Notes: generated from the letters alone by a model not told the origin. 64,000 bases of DNA from Candidatus Bathyarchaeota archaeon (GCA_963733095.1 CAVTBV010000007.1:32001-96000), one strand, 5' to 3'; shown: positions 20,506 through 32,132, counted from the first letter of the stretch. Numbers and translations: made by a program.

Positions 20506-22368
20506 ATGGATGTACCTGAACAAGCTGTACTTGGCAACAATAGAATGCTAGCTACAATTGGAAAGCATGGTGAGCTTCGATGTTTGTTCTGGCCCACTAT
20601 AGATTACCCTCAGCATGTTCGAGGCTCTTTGCCCGGAATATTCTACTCATTCAAAGGAGAATATCATTTTGATTGGCTCACTGATCCAGCATGGATGAAA
20701 AAACAAGAATACTTGCCCGATACAAATATTGTTCACACCTTTTTCAAGCACCAAAATCCAGACTTGAACATAACACTAACAGATGCGGTCTTGCCGGATT
20801 CTGACACGCTGATAAGACAATTTGTATTTCAGAACCTCAGCGATGAAGAAGGTTTTCTTAGATTATTCTACTATAATGATTTAGCAATATCGGAATCGCC
20901 AATTGACGATGCCGCCACCTACTTAAAAGACAACGATGCCATCCTTCACTACAAACGCGATTTACACTTTGCATACACGGGAACATTGCCTTCCTCGGGT
21001 CACCAATGCGGGGTGCATAGCGAAGACTCAGATTCGTTTAGAGATGTTTATGACTATAAACTGTCAGGGGGCTCTCTTACATTGTACAGTGGCTTAAGAG
21101 ACGTTAACTCGTGCTTAAGCTGGGATATCCCCAATTTGCGTGTCAATGAATTAAAAAAGTTGGCAATCATAATCGCTATGGCCGCAACGGAGAAAGAAGC
21201 GCTGGAAACCCTTGGAAAATACAAAAACGAATCACCAGAAAAACAAATCAGTGGAACAGAGGAATTTTGGAAAAAATGGATTACTAATTTTAAAATTGAT
21301 AATTTAGATGCACAATTAGCGAGAATGACAAGACGGTCTTTGCTAACACTTAAACTATTAACGTCTGAAAGTCACGGCGGCATAATCGCCGCACCATGCA
21401 TGGATCCCGAGTACCGTTTCTGTTGGCCCAGAGACGCCACCTACGTCGCCTATACCTTTGATAGATGCGGCTATCATGAAGAGGCAAAAAGTTTCTATCG
21501 ATGGTGCACAAAAGCTCAAGAACCCGAAGGTGGACTATACCAACGCTATTACATAGGGGACCGCCTAAAGGGTCCTTGTTGGAGCTCTCAGACAGATGAA
21601 ATCGCAACTGTCATATGGGGCATGGGAAAACACTTTGAACTGACCAGTGACCGTCGGTTTGTTCGCTCAGTGTGGAACAGTGTAAGTAAAGGTGCAGACT
21701 TCTTGGCGACGCAGGTTTCTCAAGCTGATGGTCTGGTTGAAACGGTTGGTCTTTGGGAAGAGCAGTTCGGTAATCACACATACTCTAACGCAGCAGTTTA
21801 TGCAGGGCTGAAATCAGCCGCCACTCTTGCCAAAGTAATAGGAAAAGACGATTTAGGCAGTAAATGGGATCAAAACGCAATTAAACTCAGGGGATCCCTG
21901 CTCAACTTGTCGTGGGATGCACACTTAAATCGATTCATCAAAACAGCTAGCCCAAGAAACGAAAACCTTGACGCCAGCCTGTTAAGTTTATCCTACCCGT
22001 TTGATGTTTTGCCTGCAAATGACGAGAGAATGAAAAAGACTGCCTTAGCAATAGAGTCTGCTTTCACGTTTAAGTCCGGTGGCGTGGGCAGGTACCCCTT
22101 TGATCAGTATTACGGTGGCAACCCATGGATTCTAACAACACTATGGTTAGCATTATATTACGAAAAAGCAGGTGAATTGGGCAAAGCAGAGCCGCTTATT
22201 CGCTGGGCATTTGACCACTCCACCGAATTGGGATTACTCTCGGAGCAAGTTGACAAAGTAAGCGGAGCGCCTGTTTCTGCAATACCATTAGCATGGTCCC
22301 ACGCTTTCTTCATCCTATCCATTCTTGACCTAGAAAAAGCAAAAAACAATTTCAAGCAAAAGAAATGA
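20506..22368 (+). CDS. Glycoside hydrolase family 15 (glucoamylase/trehalase-like)
   Basis: GIIAAP, YRFCWPRD, GLWEE, LLSEQ, PLAWSHA. Confidence 0.95.
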   Translation: MDVPEQAVLGNNRMLATIGKHGELRCLFWPTIDYPQHVRGSLPGIFYSFKGEYHFDWLTDPAWMKKQEYLPDTNIVHTFFKHQNPDLNITLTDAVLPDSDTLIRQFVFQNLSDEEGFLRLFYYNDLAISESPIDDAATYLKDNDAILHYKRDLHFAYTGTLPSSGHQCGVHSEDSDSFRDVYDYKLSGGSLTLYSGLRDVNSCLSWDIPNLRVNELKKLAIIIAMAATEKEALETLGKYKNESPEKQISGTEEFWKKWITNFKIDNLDAQLARMTRRSLLTLKLLTSESHGGIIAAPCMDPEYRFCWPRDATYVAYTFDRCGYHEEAKSFYRWCTKAQEPEGGLYQRYYIGDRLKGPCWSSQTDEIATVIWGMGKHFELTSDRRFVRSVWNSVSKGADFLATQVSQADGLVETVGLWEEQFGNHTYSNAAVYAGLKSAATLAKVIGKDDLGSKWDQNAIKLRGSLLNLSWDAHLNRFIKTASPRNENLDASLLSLSYPFDVLPANDERMKKTALAIESAFTFKSGGVGRYPFDQYYGGNPWILTTLWLALYYEKAGELGKAEPLIRWAFDHSTELGLLSEQVDKVSGAPVSAIPLAWSHAFFILSILDLEKAKNNFKQKK

Positions 22369-23765
22369 TGGAGCACACGCAGATGAAGAACAAGGCTAGA
22401 GCCGATGGACAACGTTTTATTTACATCGCTGTAGCAGTCGCGGCTCTCGGTGGTCTGCTCTTCGGCTTTGATACAGGCGTTATCTCTGGAGCTATACTAT
22501 TCATTAAACAGCAATTTTCTCTCTCGACCACGATGGAGGAAATCGTTGTCAGCTCCGTTTTAATTGGCGCCGTTATTGGCGCGGCTATTGGAGGTGCTCT
22601 GACTGGCCGCTTCGGACGTCGCAGACTGATAATACTGGCGGGAATTATCTTTACTGTCAGCGCCGCTTCTACGGCTCTGGCACAAACGGTTACCGTTTTG
22701 ATTGCCGGTAGGATAGTTGTCGGAATCGCTATCGGTATTGCTTCGTTTATCTCTCCGCTGTACATTGCCGAAATAGTACCAGCAAAAGTCCGAGGTTCAC
22801 TGGTGGCAGTCAACATGCTTGCTATTACCACAGGCATCGTAGTTGCTTACGGTGTGGACTATGCATTGTCAGGCATCCAGGGATGGCGAATTATGTTTGG
22901 AGTAGCTATAATACCATCAATCATCTTGGCCTTTGCAATGTGGCGCCTACCCGATAGCCCCCGATGGTTAATCAGCAGGTCAAAGGTGGAACAGGCAAAG
23001 CAGGTTTTACAGCGCGTCCGTACTGAATCAGACGTAAATCCAGAGATCCAAGACATCCAGCAAAGCCTGGCAAAGCAGAAAGGCAGTGGAGTGATTGAGC
23101 TATTCAAACCTTCTCTCAGGATGCCTTTGATTGTCGGCGTTGGGCTGGCCATATTTCAGCAGATAACGGGCATTAACACGGTTATCTATTATGCTCCGAC
23201 TATTTTCGGGTTTGCAGGTTTTGAGACCGCGGGGTCTGCTATACTGGCTGGAGCGGGTTTGGGGCTATTGATGTTGTGTATGCACGTTCTGGCTATCTAT
23301 TTGATGGACCGTGTTGGACGGAGGCCTTTGTTATTAATCGGTGTTGCCGGTCAGATTATTGGCATGGCGATTTTAGGTGCTGCTTTCCAGTTCCAGCAGT
23401 TGTCGGGTTTTATCGGTTATATTGCCATTGGCGGCCTGGCGATATATGTTGCTTGTTTCGCTTTTGGACTTGGGCCGGTCTTTTGGCTTATGATTTCGGA
23501 GATTTATCCCTTAAAGGTCCGCGGTGCTGCCATGAGTGTGGCGACAGTTGCCAACTGGGGGTTTAACTTGGTTGTGGCCGTGACTTTCCTGACCCTGATA
23601 GGGGTTCTGGGGCACTCTGTGACTTTCTGGTTATACGGCGCAATAGCTACGGCCGCATGGATCTTTTTCTATCGGTTGGTACCGGAGACCAAAGGGAAAA
23701 GTCTTGAACAGATTGAAGAGCACTGGCGAGCAGGCAAGCATCCACGTGAAATGGGGAAAAAATGA
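22365..23765 (+). CDS. Sugar porter family MFS transporter
   Basis: GGLLFGFDTG, GRR, QQITGIN, PETKG. ATGA overlap with the GH15 gene. Confidence 0.96.
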   Translation: MMEHTQMKNKARADGQRFIYIAVAVAALGGLLFGFDTGVISGAILFIKQQFSLSTTMEEIVVSSVLIGAVIGAAIGGALTGRFGRRRLIILAGIIFTVSAASTALAQTVTVLIAGRIVVGIAIGIASFISPLYIAEIVPAKVRGSLVAVNMLAITTGIVVAYGVDYALSGIQGWRIMFGVAIIPSIILAFAMWRLPDSPRWLISRSKVEQAKQVLQRVRTESDVNPEIQDIQQSLAKQKGSGVIELFKPSLRMPLIVGVGLAIFQQITGINTVIYYAPTIFGFAGFETAGSAILAGAGLGLLMLCMHVLAIYLMDRVGRRPLLLIGVAGQIIGMAILGAAFQFQQLSGFIGYIAIGGLAIYVACFAFGLGPVFWLMISEIYPLKVRGAAMSVATVANWGFNLVVAVTFLTLIGVLGHSVTFWLYGAIATAAWIFFYRLVPETKGKSLEQIEEHWRAGKHPREMGKK

Positions 23766-23849
23766 TGCGCCCACTCGCAGTATAGGCGAAGATGTAGCGC
23801 CCGATGAAAATGCATAAATTCCTATTCTCATTTGATATTTTAGGAGTGG

Positions 23850-24251
23850 TTGTTTTTGAAGAAAATTGGAGAATTAGTTCAAGAAGCCGATTGGAAGATG
23901 GAGAAGCATGTGCCTGTTATTGAGTGCGCGGACTCGGTGAAGGCTGATGAGCTTTTTGAGGTAAAGGTTACAGTTGGTAGAGAGGTTGCTCATCCGAACA
24001 CGACTGAGCATCATATAAGTTGGATAACGCTGTTTTTCCTTCCTGAGGGTGAAAAGTTCCCCTATCAAGTTGCACGCTATGAGTTCGGAGCGCATGGCGC
24101 ATCGGTTCAGGGTCCAAACACGAGTACGGTCTATACACATCATGCGGCGACTGGTTGGGTGAAGACGGGTAAAGCGGGAACTTTCATTGCGGTTTCGATG
24201 TGCAACATCCACGGGCTATGGCAGTCTTCTAAAGAAGTTAAGTTCGAATAG
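23850..24251 (+). CDS. Superoxide reductase (neelaredoxin type)
   Basis: EKHVP, HPNTTEHHI.WI, CNIHG. Confidence 0.93.
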   Translation: MFLKKIGELVQEADWKMEKHVPVIECADSVKADELFEVKVTVGREVAHPNTTEHHISWITLFFLPEGEKFPYQVARYEFGAHGASVQGPNTSTVYTHHAATGWVKTGKAGTFIAVSMCNIHGLWQSSKEVKFE

Positions 24252-24823
24252 ACTCGGTCTTGACGAAGTATTTAATCTACTTTCTTTTTTTGTTTGATTA
24301 GGTTAAGATATACTTGGCTATCTGGCTTAAGCTCTTAAATATTACAAAATGTTTTCTACAATTCTTTTCTACACTCTATTAATGTTGTCTTCTTAAGAAC
24401 CGATAGTGTGGAGAGTTTTTTGGTTTCGGGAAAAAGAGGGATAATAGAAAATGCCTCAGGCCAATTTACTGGGAAAAGTAGGTCTTCAAAATCGTTTCGG
24501 AATCTTGCGAAGGTGTCATCAAACGCTTGCTATTCATCCAATGCTGAAACATCTTTCAATGCTATTACTTCAACGACGTTGATATCAACATTGTACACTT
24601 GAATCTTAACAGCAATTCTAAAAGATTGTTCTTAAAATTTACCCTGAGAGATTGATCAGTCTTTCCCATAACAGCTAAATCTCCAAACAATCTGAAACCC
24701 TAGATATTATTTTTATTCTCGGCAAAAGCATCAGCAAAAACAGCACATAAATTGTGTATAGCTTAAACAAAAACAAATAGCGTGCTAAAAAATAGATTAG
24801 GTGGACACTTGCTTCGAGAGTAA

Positions 24824-25828
24824 TTAACAATATGTTGAATAATCAAGTTCTTCTTCACTGTTTTCTTTCCTTTTTTTTAAAAGAACTAACGCTGCAATAG
24901 AAAAAAAGAAAATAAAGATGACCACTGTGGCGAGGATTGCTAACTGGAATTCAGCTGGTGAAGCGGTTGTTGCAAAAACGATCGATAATTCATAGTTAAT
25001 GAAAATTGTTTTGTACCACACGTAATAGTTGTTAGCATCTTGCGAAAAACCCTGATCCGAAGCGGCCTGCGAGTTAACATAAATTTTCGGCGTTACCCCA
25101 AAAGTAACGGCTGCTTTAGGAACCGCAATAGCGTTAACATTGCCGGTTGAGTTTTGCCCAATGATATTCAACGATAAAGTCGTTTGTGCAGCGACTTGAT
25201 CTGTTTTGATGACGGCGTTCGTTACTGTTAAAGCTGTTATTCCATTGACTCCAAGATAGACGATTGTACCATTGCTGAGGGTCGCTTGTAGGGTTTTTGA
25301 GTTGAAGATTGGGTTGGGTGCAGGTGTTGGGCTTGGCGTTGGTGAGGGTGTTGAAGTTGGCTTTGGGGTGTTGATTTGTGTTGGGGTTGGGGTCTCGCTA
25401 GGAGTTGGCGTAGGAGAGTCTGTTGGTGTTGGAGAGGGGGTAGGACTTGGAGTAGGATTTGGCGTTTGAGTTGGCGTTGGGGTAGGAGCAGGAGTTGAAG
25501 TTGGCGTTAAGGTAGGAGTTGGAGTAGAAATTGGTGAAGGAGACGGTTTTAGGGTCGGCGTTGAAGTGGGATTAGGCGTCGGGGGAGAAGTTGCAGTGGG
25601 CGATGGAGTATGAGTTGGCGTTGGCCTTGGAGTTGGCGTGGGAGTTCGTGTTGGAGTATGCGTTGGGGAAGGTGAAGGAGTCGATTTTTTTGCTAGTGGT
25701 TCAATGTCAGAAGCTGAGACTTTCGTTGGCTGGATTAAATTTGAAGAGATCAACAACAGTGAAATCACTGCAAATACCGCTGCGCTTAAGAAAGTTTTTT
25801 TAAATTTACCTATTTGTGATCCCTTCAT
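24824..25828 (-). CDS. Pro/Thr/Ser-rich membrane-anchored surface protein
   Basis: Signal peptide, ~120 aa PT/PS repeat, C-terminal TM plus basic tail. Confidence 0.85.
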   Translation of the reverse strand: MKGSQIGKFKKTFLSAAVFAVISLLLISSNLIQPTKVSASDIEPLAKKSTPSPSPTHTPTRTPTPTPRPTPTHTPSPTATSPPTPNPTSTPTLKPSPSPISTPTPTLTPTSTPAPTPTPTQTPNPTPSPTPSPTPTDSPTPTPSETPTPTQINTPKPTSTPSPTPSPTPAPNPIFNSKTLQATLSNGTIVYLGVNGITALTVTNAVIKTDQVAAQTTLSLNIIGQNSTGNVNAIAVPKAAVTFGVTPKIYVNSQAASDQGFSQDANNYYVWYKTIFINYELSIVFATTASPAEFQLAILATVVIFIFFFSIAALVLLKKRKENSEEELDYSTYC

Positions 25829-26059
25829 CTGCTTTTAATGGAAAATAATCGTCTAAGCGCTGACTACTAATTATTTCGACATCTGCTTTTTTTATTTTTA
25901 TCTTTAGTTGCCAATATATACCGTATACCGAGATTTTAGTGATTGAAATTTCTAAAATGATCAAATAAAAGAAGAAGAACAAAGACTCATTTTTTTACTA
26001 TTGTTCGATGGGTCTTATCGAAACAGGGTGTTTGTTCACACCAAGTGCGTTAAGCCGCA

Positions 26060-26257
26060 CTACTTCTTTTGTCTTACAGCGACCTTAGCTTTCATTTCAA
26101 AGATAGTGTCTTCGCCGGTTTTTCCAACACCAAAATTCCATTCTAACACATCAACTTCCATATCTTTGAAGTGAGAAACCCAAGTCTCCTGGAATTCACT
26201 CCATTTCGCACCCATCTTCTGTATCTGTTCTTTGACATCTATTTTTTGCTCTGACAT
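26060..26257 (-). CDS. Small hypothetical protein
   Basis: 65 aa ORF with upstream GGAGGTG. Confidence 0.7.
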   Translation of the reverse strand: MSEQKIDVKEQIQKMGAKWSEFQETWVSHFKDMEVDVLEWNFGVGKTGEDTIFEMKAKVAVRQKK

Positions 26258-26548
26258 AATTTGTTACACCTCCCAAAATACACTAAAATTTTGCAGATCT
26301 AAGCTATTGTTACTGGTTTTAGGTACATGTGCAGGTTGTCTTGTGCAACTATTAATACAATCTATTGTCCATCCACATGTCTGTTCCTTTCTTATAGCTA
26401 GTCCTTGGTTGGTTTAAGTGTATGTGACTGTGAGGCTGTGGCTACAAATGGATAGTTGAAGTAAAAAGTTAGGCAACTGTTACCGTTTATTGACAGTCAC
26501 ACATCTTAAAATAGACTGGCGAGTTAAGGGTAAGTGAAGTTTTTGAAA

Positions 26549-26707
26549 ATGGGAGCACTTGATTTTCTTTTTGTTGTTGCTGTGATATTTATTATCCTAT
26601 GGCTTCTGGGTTTTGTTTTCTTCAACCTTGGCACCATAACATGGGTCCTGCTCGTCATCGCTGTCATCATAATACTTTTCCGACTACTTTCAGGACGCAG
26701 AGTATAA
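26549..26707 (+). CDS. Small 2-TM protein (lmo0937-like)
   Basis: MGALDFLFVVAVIFIILWLLGF...WVLLVIAVIIILFRLLSGRRV; manual translation. Confidence 0.75.
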   Translation: MGALDFLFVVAVIFIILWLLGFVFFNLGTITWVLLVIAVIIILFRLLSGRRV

Positions 26708-26861
26708 CATCAACCAAAAACGTATATGCAGCGCCAGACGCTGCTTCCCAACTTTTTTGTAAACAAAGAATCGCGTTTGTTTTTGGTAGGTAAGGTCATT
26801 CATTACGTTTGATAATTATCTATCAGTGCGCGTGCTCTCTCGGAAAAGCAGAAAAAGCGCA

Positions 26862-27278
26862 GAGGTTCTTTAGGGGATAATAATCGCAGAGAAGACGGAA
26901 GAACCGTGAAGGCCACATGCATAAAACAGAAATATTTCCAGCACCATATTATTGGGTGAGGCTGTTAGGATGAGCCAATACGTTAAGGGAGCTGAACCTG
27001 ACAGGTGGCATTGGATTAAAGATTGCAAGATGTATCCTCGCGTAGTCATCCAGAAAAGAGGCATCAGACCAACTCGTGACCTCTGCGACGAATGCCAGGA
27101 ACTAGAGAAAAAGATACTTCTCAAAACAGCAGCAACATAAACAAAACTTTCTCCCTAAACAAAGAATTGCGATATCAAGGTAGCTTGCGCTCTAAACTTG
27201 AATGGTGGTTTGAGCGGCAGGCAGAGAAGGATTTGAACCCGTCTGAAGTAGAGATGCCACCCGCAAACCTCCTTTTTT
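26862..27278. repeat. Duplicated module B, copy 1 (small gene plus tRNA-like site)
   Basis: Matches 51062..51481. First ~288 bp identical by eye. Confidence 0.95.
26970..27140 (+). CDS. 56 aa putative Zn-binding protein (H-x4-C...CxxC)
   Basis: WHWIKDC...LCDEC. Identical copy at 51170. Confidence 0.7.
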   Translation: MSQYVKGAEPDRWHWIKDCKMYPRVVIQKRGIRPTRDLCDECQELEKKILLKTAAT

Positions 27279-27373
27279 GTTCCAGCTGACTTACTATTTT
27301 GTTTTTGTGAACGCAAGTTTCAATGATAGATCTTTTTGAAAGTGGTCTAATGGAGAACCCAAGATGACCTCGT

Positions 27374-27751
27374 TCATTGGAAAATTGTAACCGACTGCTT
27401 TGGCAAGATATCCAAGCTTTCTGTTGCTCGGTAGCCTGCTTTGATCATTTCTTCGATGATTGTTTCTCCAGTAACTCGGTGCTCAAAGAGTCTGTGAATG
27501 CCTCCGCCGCCCTTGTGCTCAACTATGGCTTTCTGTCCCTCTGGTTTTAATGATTCTTTCAATTTTGTAAAGTACTCCACTCTGTTTGGAATTTGATTGT
27601 AGACGTTTCGCAGAAAAATCAGGTCAAGTTTCTCGGGCACAGAGAGTCCTTCTTTTCTGACGAGAACTACTTCGATGTTACCTACACCTTTTTCTGCAAC
27701 AGACTTTGATGAAATCGACTTTTTCAGCAAAACAAAAATAGTCGCATACAC
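27374..27751 (-). pseudogene. 5'-truncated class I SAM methyltransferase
   Basis: VYAT...LDLIFLRNVY...LKESLKPEG.KAIVE. The SAM-binding motif I is missing. Confidence 0.65.
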
Positions 27752-27779
27752 GGAATCAGTGTATCTTGTGATTTCAAGA

Positions 27780-28916
27780 ATGCCGGCAGATACGTCTCCT
27801 ACGATAAGCCACTCCTATAAGAAGTGGATAGTAGGTGCAGTATTTTTTGGCTACATAGCACTTGCGCTATATATTTTCTATATCGTCGGCATAACCAAGT
27901 TGTTCTCAGTTTTGGAATCCGTAAACTTGGGCATATACTCAATAGCTCTTGCATTTGTCGTAATAGCCCTAACTTTCCATGCTCTAGTTTGGTTCCAGCT
28001 CCTTAAGTCTCTATCAATCAGGGCTACCTTCCGCCGAATCTTCGTTTTAAACTGGGTTGGAGTATTCGTTGACAACATTATTCCAGGTGGCTGGTCAGGA
28101 GACCTGTTTAAGGCTTATTTGTTAAACAGAGACCCGACTGTAGAAAGCGGAAAGGCAGTTGCGTCGGTTGTCGCCAAAAATATGTACGAAGCCATATTCG
28201 CGTTAGCTACCATGATTTTCGGTGTAACTTTACTCGTGTTTAACTACCGTTTTGAAGGCTCCATTCTGTTGACGCTTGGAGTTATAATGCTTCTTTTAAT
28301 TCTGCCTCTAATTGCGCTTCTTTGGGCAAGTTTCAATCTAAAAGGCGCACAGAAAATAGTTGCTGCTGTATTCCGTTTTCTTTCTCGTATAGGCAGAAAC
28401 AGCTGGCACCTTGACGTTCTTCAAGCTAAAGTGAACAAGGCCTTGGGAGATTACCATGACGGAATGAGGATTTTACTTGGAAACCCGCGGATGTTTCTCA
28501 AACCCATGTTGCTCTCTTTTTTTGCATGGGCCTTTGAAGTTCTAACGTTTTTTTTCGTTTTCGCATCGTTGGGGCAATTTATTCCAATCGACAAAGTCAT
28601 AATTGTTAACACCATCGCAAGCAACGTTGAAGGAGCCACGTTAGCTGGTCCGTTCCAGATCATCACAACCGAACTCTACAGGGCACTTGGTGTACCATTT
28701 GCATTAGGCGCCTCCGCGGCTCTGTTGGGCGGTGTTGTAGTTTTCTGGTTAAAAACGGGAATTTCCTACACTGCGTTTCATTACACAATTTTCTCTTCAT
28801 ACACCAATTCTATTTACAAAAGGTTTGGAGACAAAGTAATGAACAAAACTCGCAAAGCTAACAAACAAAACGGCGCTCAGGAAAAAGCTGACAAAGCCGA
28901 GTCCTTTGCCAGTTAA
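27780..28916 (+). CDS. Lysylphosphatidylglycerol synthase TM domain / UPF0104 flippase-like protein
   Basis: FVDNIIPGGWSGDLFKAY; many TM segments. Confidence 0.85.
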   Translation: MPADTSPTISHSYKKWIVGAVFFGYIALALYIFYIVGITKLFSVLESVNLGIYSIALAFVVIALTFHALVWFQLLKSLSIRATFRRIFVLNWVGVFVDNIIPGGWSGDLFKAYLLNRDPTVESGKAVASVVAKNMYEAIFALATMIFGVTLLVFNYRFEGSILLTLGVIMLLLILPLIALLWASFNLKGAQKIVAAVFRFLSRIGRNSWHLDVLQAKVNKALGDYHDGMRILLGNPRMFLKPMLLSFFAWAFEVLTFFFVFASLGQFIPIDKVIIVNTIASNVEGATLAGPFQIITTELYRALGVPFALGASAALLGGVVVFWLKTGISYTAFHYTIFSSYTNSIYKRFGDKVMNKTRKANKQNGAQEKADKAESFAS

Positions 28917-29122
28917 TGCTTCCGTTGGTGATCGAATCGATTTTCAGGTACAGGCAATAACAGGGAATGATCTGAAATGTATGTTCGTTACCTCTCTATT
29001 CCTTAAGTACCGCCAAGTCAAGAAACTTTGCAAAGCGCGTTGACTTGTCCCTAAATTGAAAAGCTTATATGAACGCCATTGGCAGACATGAAAAAGCAGT
29101 ATCACCAAACTTTATTCAACAC

Positions 29123-29731
29123 CTAATTTAGATGGATGGTGGGGATAACTGCGATTATGCCGTTTATGATAAATTGTATCGCAATTGCAAGTACTATGAT
29201 CGCCATTAGTGCACTTGCCACGTGTAATCCATCGTGACCTAAAATCCTAAAGAGCCGTGGAGCGTAAATCATGCCGAAATAGGATAATACAATTCCAACA
29301 GCTATTGCCAAGAAAACAATGCCTGCTTCAATAACATTATTCGCTTCTGAAAATAACAATATGACAGTTGTTATAGTGCCTACGCCTGCAGTGAGAGGAA
29401 AAGCAAGTGGAATAATTGAAATATCTTGTCGATCGGAAGTGTAGACTTTCTTTTCTGAAAGCATTCTTAATGCAAACACCACTAAGAGGATACCGCCTGC
29501 TATTTGGAAGGCGTATACTTGGAGATTGAATACTTGAAAAATGAGTTGTCCCGTTATTGCAAAGAAAAACAGAACGATGATAGATATTTTCATAGCCTTC
29601 ACGGCGACTTTTCGTTGTTTTTCAGGGTTAAGATCTTCTGTTAGACTTGAAAAAACTGCTACAGTGCTGATTGGATTCATTACAGCCACGATAGAAGAAG
29701 TGGCTACCAATACGAATTCAAGGGGTTCCAA
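29123..29731 (-). CDS. MarC family membrane protein
   Basis: MNPI, FQIAGGILL, PLAFPLTAG.GTIT, IAIQFIING. Confidence 0.92.
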   Translation of the reverse strand: MEPLEFVLVATSSIVAVMNPISTVAVFSSLTEDLNPEKQRKVAVKAMKISIIVLFFFAITGQLIFQVFNLQVYAFQIAGGILLVVFALRMLSEKKVYTSDRQDISIIPLAFPLTAGVGTITTVILLFSEANNVIEAGIVFLAIAVGIVLSYFGMIYAPRLFRILGHDGLHVASALMAIIVLAIAIQFIINGIIAVIPTIHLN

Positions 29732-29871
29732 TATTTTTGCCTTAACTGAATTAAGGCATTTTTGTAATATAAGCATTAACAAACAAGTCAGCAAGGCTAA
29801 ACTGAAGGGTATTCTTAAAAAGGTTATAAAAATGCATAATTATAGCCAATATTGTTAGTAAAATATCGGGC

Positions 29872-29937
29872 TTGGTGTGAGGACTGCCGTGTGGTTCAGA
29901 TGCAGTTTAAACAAACTGGTAAATGGGGATAAAGCTC
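29872..29937 (+). repeat. Fragment of the Zn-finger gene end
   Basis: ttggtgtgaggactgccgtgtggttcagatgcagtttaaacaaac matches the reverse complement of 17214..17280. Confidence 0.8.
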
Positions 29938-30211
29938 GCTTGATTCTGAAATATTATTGAACTGAGAGCAAAAAATATGAATCATTTGCATTGAAGGCGT
30001 TAAGACAATAGCGAGCGTATATTTCTTTGGTCAGTGGGTGACACAAGCATTTCTAACTATTTTCATACTCTTTACTGCCTATTCATTACCGCAGCCTTGA
30101 TTGAATGAATTTATAGGCAGCCAAAAACACTTAACCATATTGTCCAGAAGATAGCTACAATCGCCTCAAAAAGTTCTTATTCTTCGCAGAACTAGAAGAA
30201 TACGATATTTT

Positions 30212-31213
30212 TTGAAGAGAATAAATGTCACAATAACTTCAGAACAGTCTGAAAAAACTCAAAAAATCTTTGAAAAACTCAAACTTCCGGTTATTGTCTC
30301 AACAGGAACCCAAGATGACAAGGCTGTAAGCAATTTTTCAGCGCTATTACCTGATGAGCTCGTAGACAATGCTATCGAAGAATTAACAAAAAACATAGAT
30401 CTGCGTATAAAAGAAAATGTAATCAGCATCTACGACGTAGAAGCCTTTGTCTCAACTGCTCTTGACAAACTCAAAGAGAAAGCCATAAAAGAGAAACCTA
30501 AAGAGAACCCGTTGGAAAGACTGATTAACCAAACAGACAAACACGTAGTGCTAAATAAAGACACGTTAGTCATGGCATTGTTTGCGACCCTTGTAGCTTT
30601 CGCCGGACTTCTCTTAGACAACGTTGCTATCGTAATAGGCGCAATGCTTCTCTCTCCCCTTCTAGGTCCCTTAAACGCATTTGCTGTCAACACGAACCTG
30701 GGGAGACTACGAAAGGTCGCAATCAGCCAATTGTCGATTCTGGGTCTTCTAGGCGCTATAATCACTTTGTCTGCAGTCGCGACGTTTCTTGTTTCACAAT
30801 TTGTTAGTGTACCTTTAAATTCCGGTCAAATCGTTTTGCGAATGCATGCTTCTCTTTCAGACATTGGAATAGCATTAATAATCGGGCTCGCTGGTGGATT
30901 GGCTTTGTTTGTTGCTCTTCCTGAATTGCTTGTTGGAGTAGCAATCGCCGTTGCCATCGTTCCTCCTGCCACCGTTGCTGGCATAGGTTTGGCTTTGGAA
31001 AATGGGGGGCTTTTCGCCGGAGCTTTGACTCTCACGTTTGTGTATTTAATTGGACTGGAGTTGGGTTCTAGCGTTATGCTTAGAATTAGAGGGGTATCGC
31101 CCAGACATTACTATCAGAAAGGGGAAACCAGAATAAAATTCGCTTACTCTATAGCAATCCTAGCTGTACTCTTTGCTATTTTGAGTGCTATAGTTTTTTT
31201 CCTAAATCTCTAA
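30212..31213 (+). CDS. TIGR00341 / DUF389 membrane protein
   Basis: IVIGAMLLSPLLGP, VGVAIAVAIVPP. Confidence 0.9.
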   Translation: MKRINVTITSEQSEKTQKIFEKLKLPVIVSTGTQDDKAVSNFSALLPDELVDNAIEELTKNIDLRIKENVISIYDVEAFVSTALDKLKEKAIKEKPKENPLERLINQTDKHVVLNKDTLVMALFATLVAFAGLLLDNVAIVIGAMLLSPLLGPLNAFAVNTNLGRLRKVAISQLSILGLLGAIITLSAVATFLVSQFVSVPLNSGQIVLRMHASLSDIGIALIIGLAGGLALFVALPELLVGVAIAVAIVPPATVAGIGLALENGGLFAGALTLTFVYLIGLELGSSVMLRIRGVSPRHYYQKGETRIKFAYSIAILAVLFAILSAIVFFLNL

Positions 31214-31455
31214 TTGAAACACTTAATAGAAGTCTGAAAAATTGGAGCTGCGATCTACTCAAGGATTTGTGCATTTACTATTTCAATCTTTTTCCAAAAT
31301 AATATCTTGCTTAATTATTAATTATAATTCGTTCAATTTTATTTTTCTTAGTTAAACTATCTTTTGCAACGTTCATGCATTATTGTTCGGTTTCGAAAGC
31401 TAAAAATCTTGGGTTACATCTCAATTCAGGACAAGCAGAAAGAGTAATAGTTGTG

Positions 31456-31647
31456 GTGAAGGAAAAGTTGTTTGAGGGCAAAACCATTTTTGTTTGCGAA
31501 ATTTGTGGTCTTGGCTATTTAGAGAGGGATGATGCCCAGAAATGTGAGGATTGGTGTGGAAAGAACCCTGGAACCTGCAATTTTCAAGTATCACAAAAGG
31601 CAGTCTACCCTACTGGCACGCCATCTTATGCAACAGAGCAAAAATAA
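31456..31647 (+). CDS. Small Zn-finger-like protein
   Basis: FVCEICGLGY...AQKCEDWC...C. Confidence 0.7.
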   Translation: MKEKLFEGKTIFVCEICGLGYLERDDAQKCEDWCGKNPGTCNFQVSQKAVYPTGTPSYATEQK

Positions 31648-31685
31648 TCAGTACGCTTTCAAGGGTCGATACAGTATAGCGCTTC

Positions 31686-32132
31686 TTATTTTTTGCCGGA
31701 TTTTCTTTGGTTCTTTACCGCTTTAATTTCTAGGGCTTTATCGATCATCTCGTTGAATGCAGGGTGGCAGCAATGTCCAGTTGGGTTGTTAATCTTGCAG
31801 TTGCTCTTAACGTTTCCACGGAGACTAATCATGATAGGTCCAGCCTGTGTCAGTCCTTTTTCTATGACTGCTTTTGTGACCTCTTCCTGGGTTATCTTTC
31901 TGCAGTAGCACGCGTATTTGGGGTTTGCGTCTTTCTTGTACCAAAGAGGCTTCTTGAGAGCAGATTTATCAAAAACTTTTTCGGAATTGTAGTATGAGAC
32001 ATTGCAGTCTGGGCTCATACACAAGCAGTAATCCTTTTCTCCAATTTCTTTTTCAAATTGGGTTTTTAGAATGTGTTTTACAGTTTCATTGGCAACTTTT
32101 TGTCCTGTATTGCCACATGTTGGGCACTTCAA
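31686..32132 (-). CDS. CopZ N-terminal-like Zn/[2Fe-2S] (BFD-like) protein
   Basis: CPTCG, C...DC.VSYY, ACYC, C...NPTGHCC. Confidence 0.85.
   Translation of the reverse strand: MKCPTCGNTGQKVANETVKHILKTQFEKEIGEKDYCLCMSPDCNVSYYNSEKVFDKSALKKPLWYKKDANPKYACYCRKITQEEVTKAVIEKGLTQAGPIMISLRGNVKSNCKINNPTGHCCHPAFNEMIDKALEIKAVKNQRKSGKK

Noticed and set aside
12060-24346. Additional CTTA-N6-TAA(G/A) sites at 12067 and 24326
   Set aside because: The outer arms are not symmetric, and a few such cores are expected by chance in 64 kb of this composition.
24340-24720. Possible minus-strand gene remnant
   Set aside because: It has multiple stops and no family I can name.
25310-25680. Tandem DNA repeat / GV-rich plus-strand ORFs
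   Set aside because: Antisense shadow of the Pro/Thr linker in 24824..25828.
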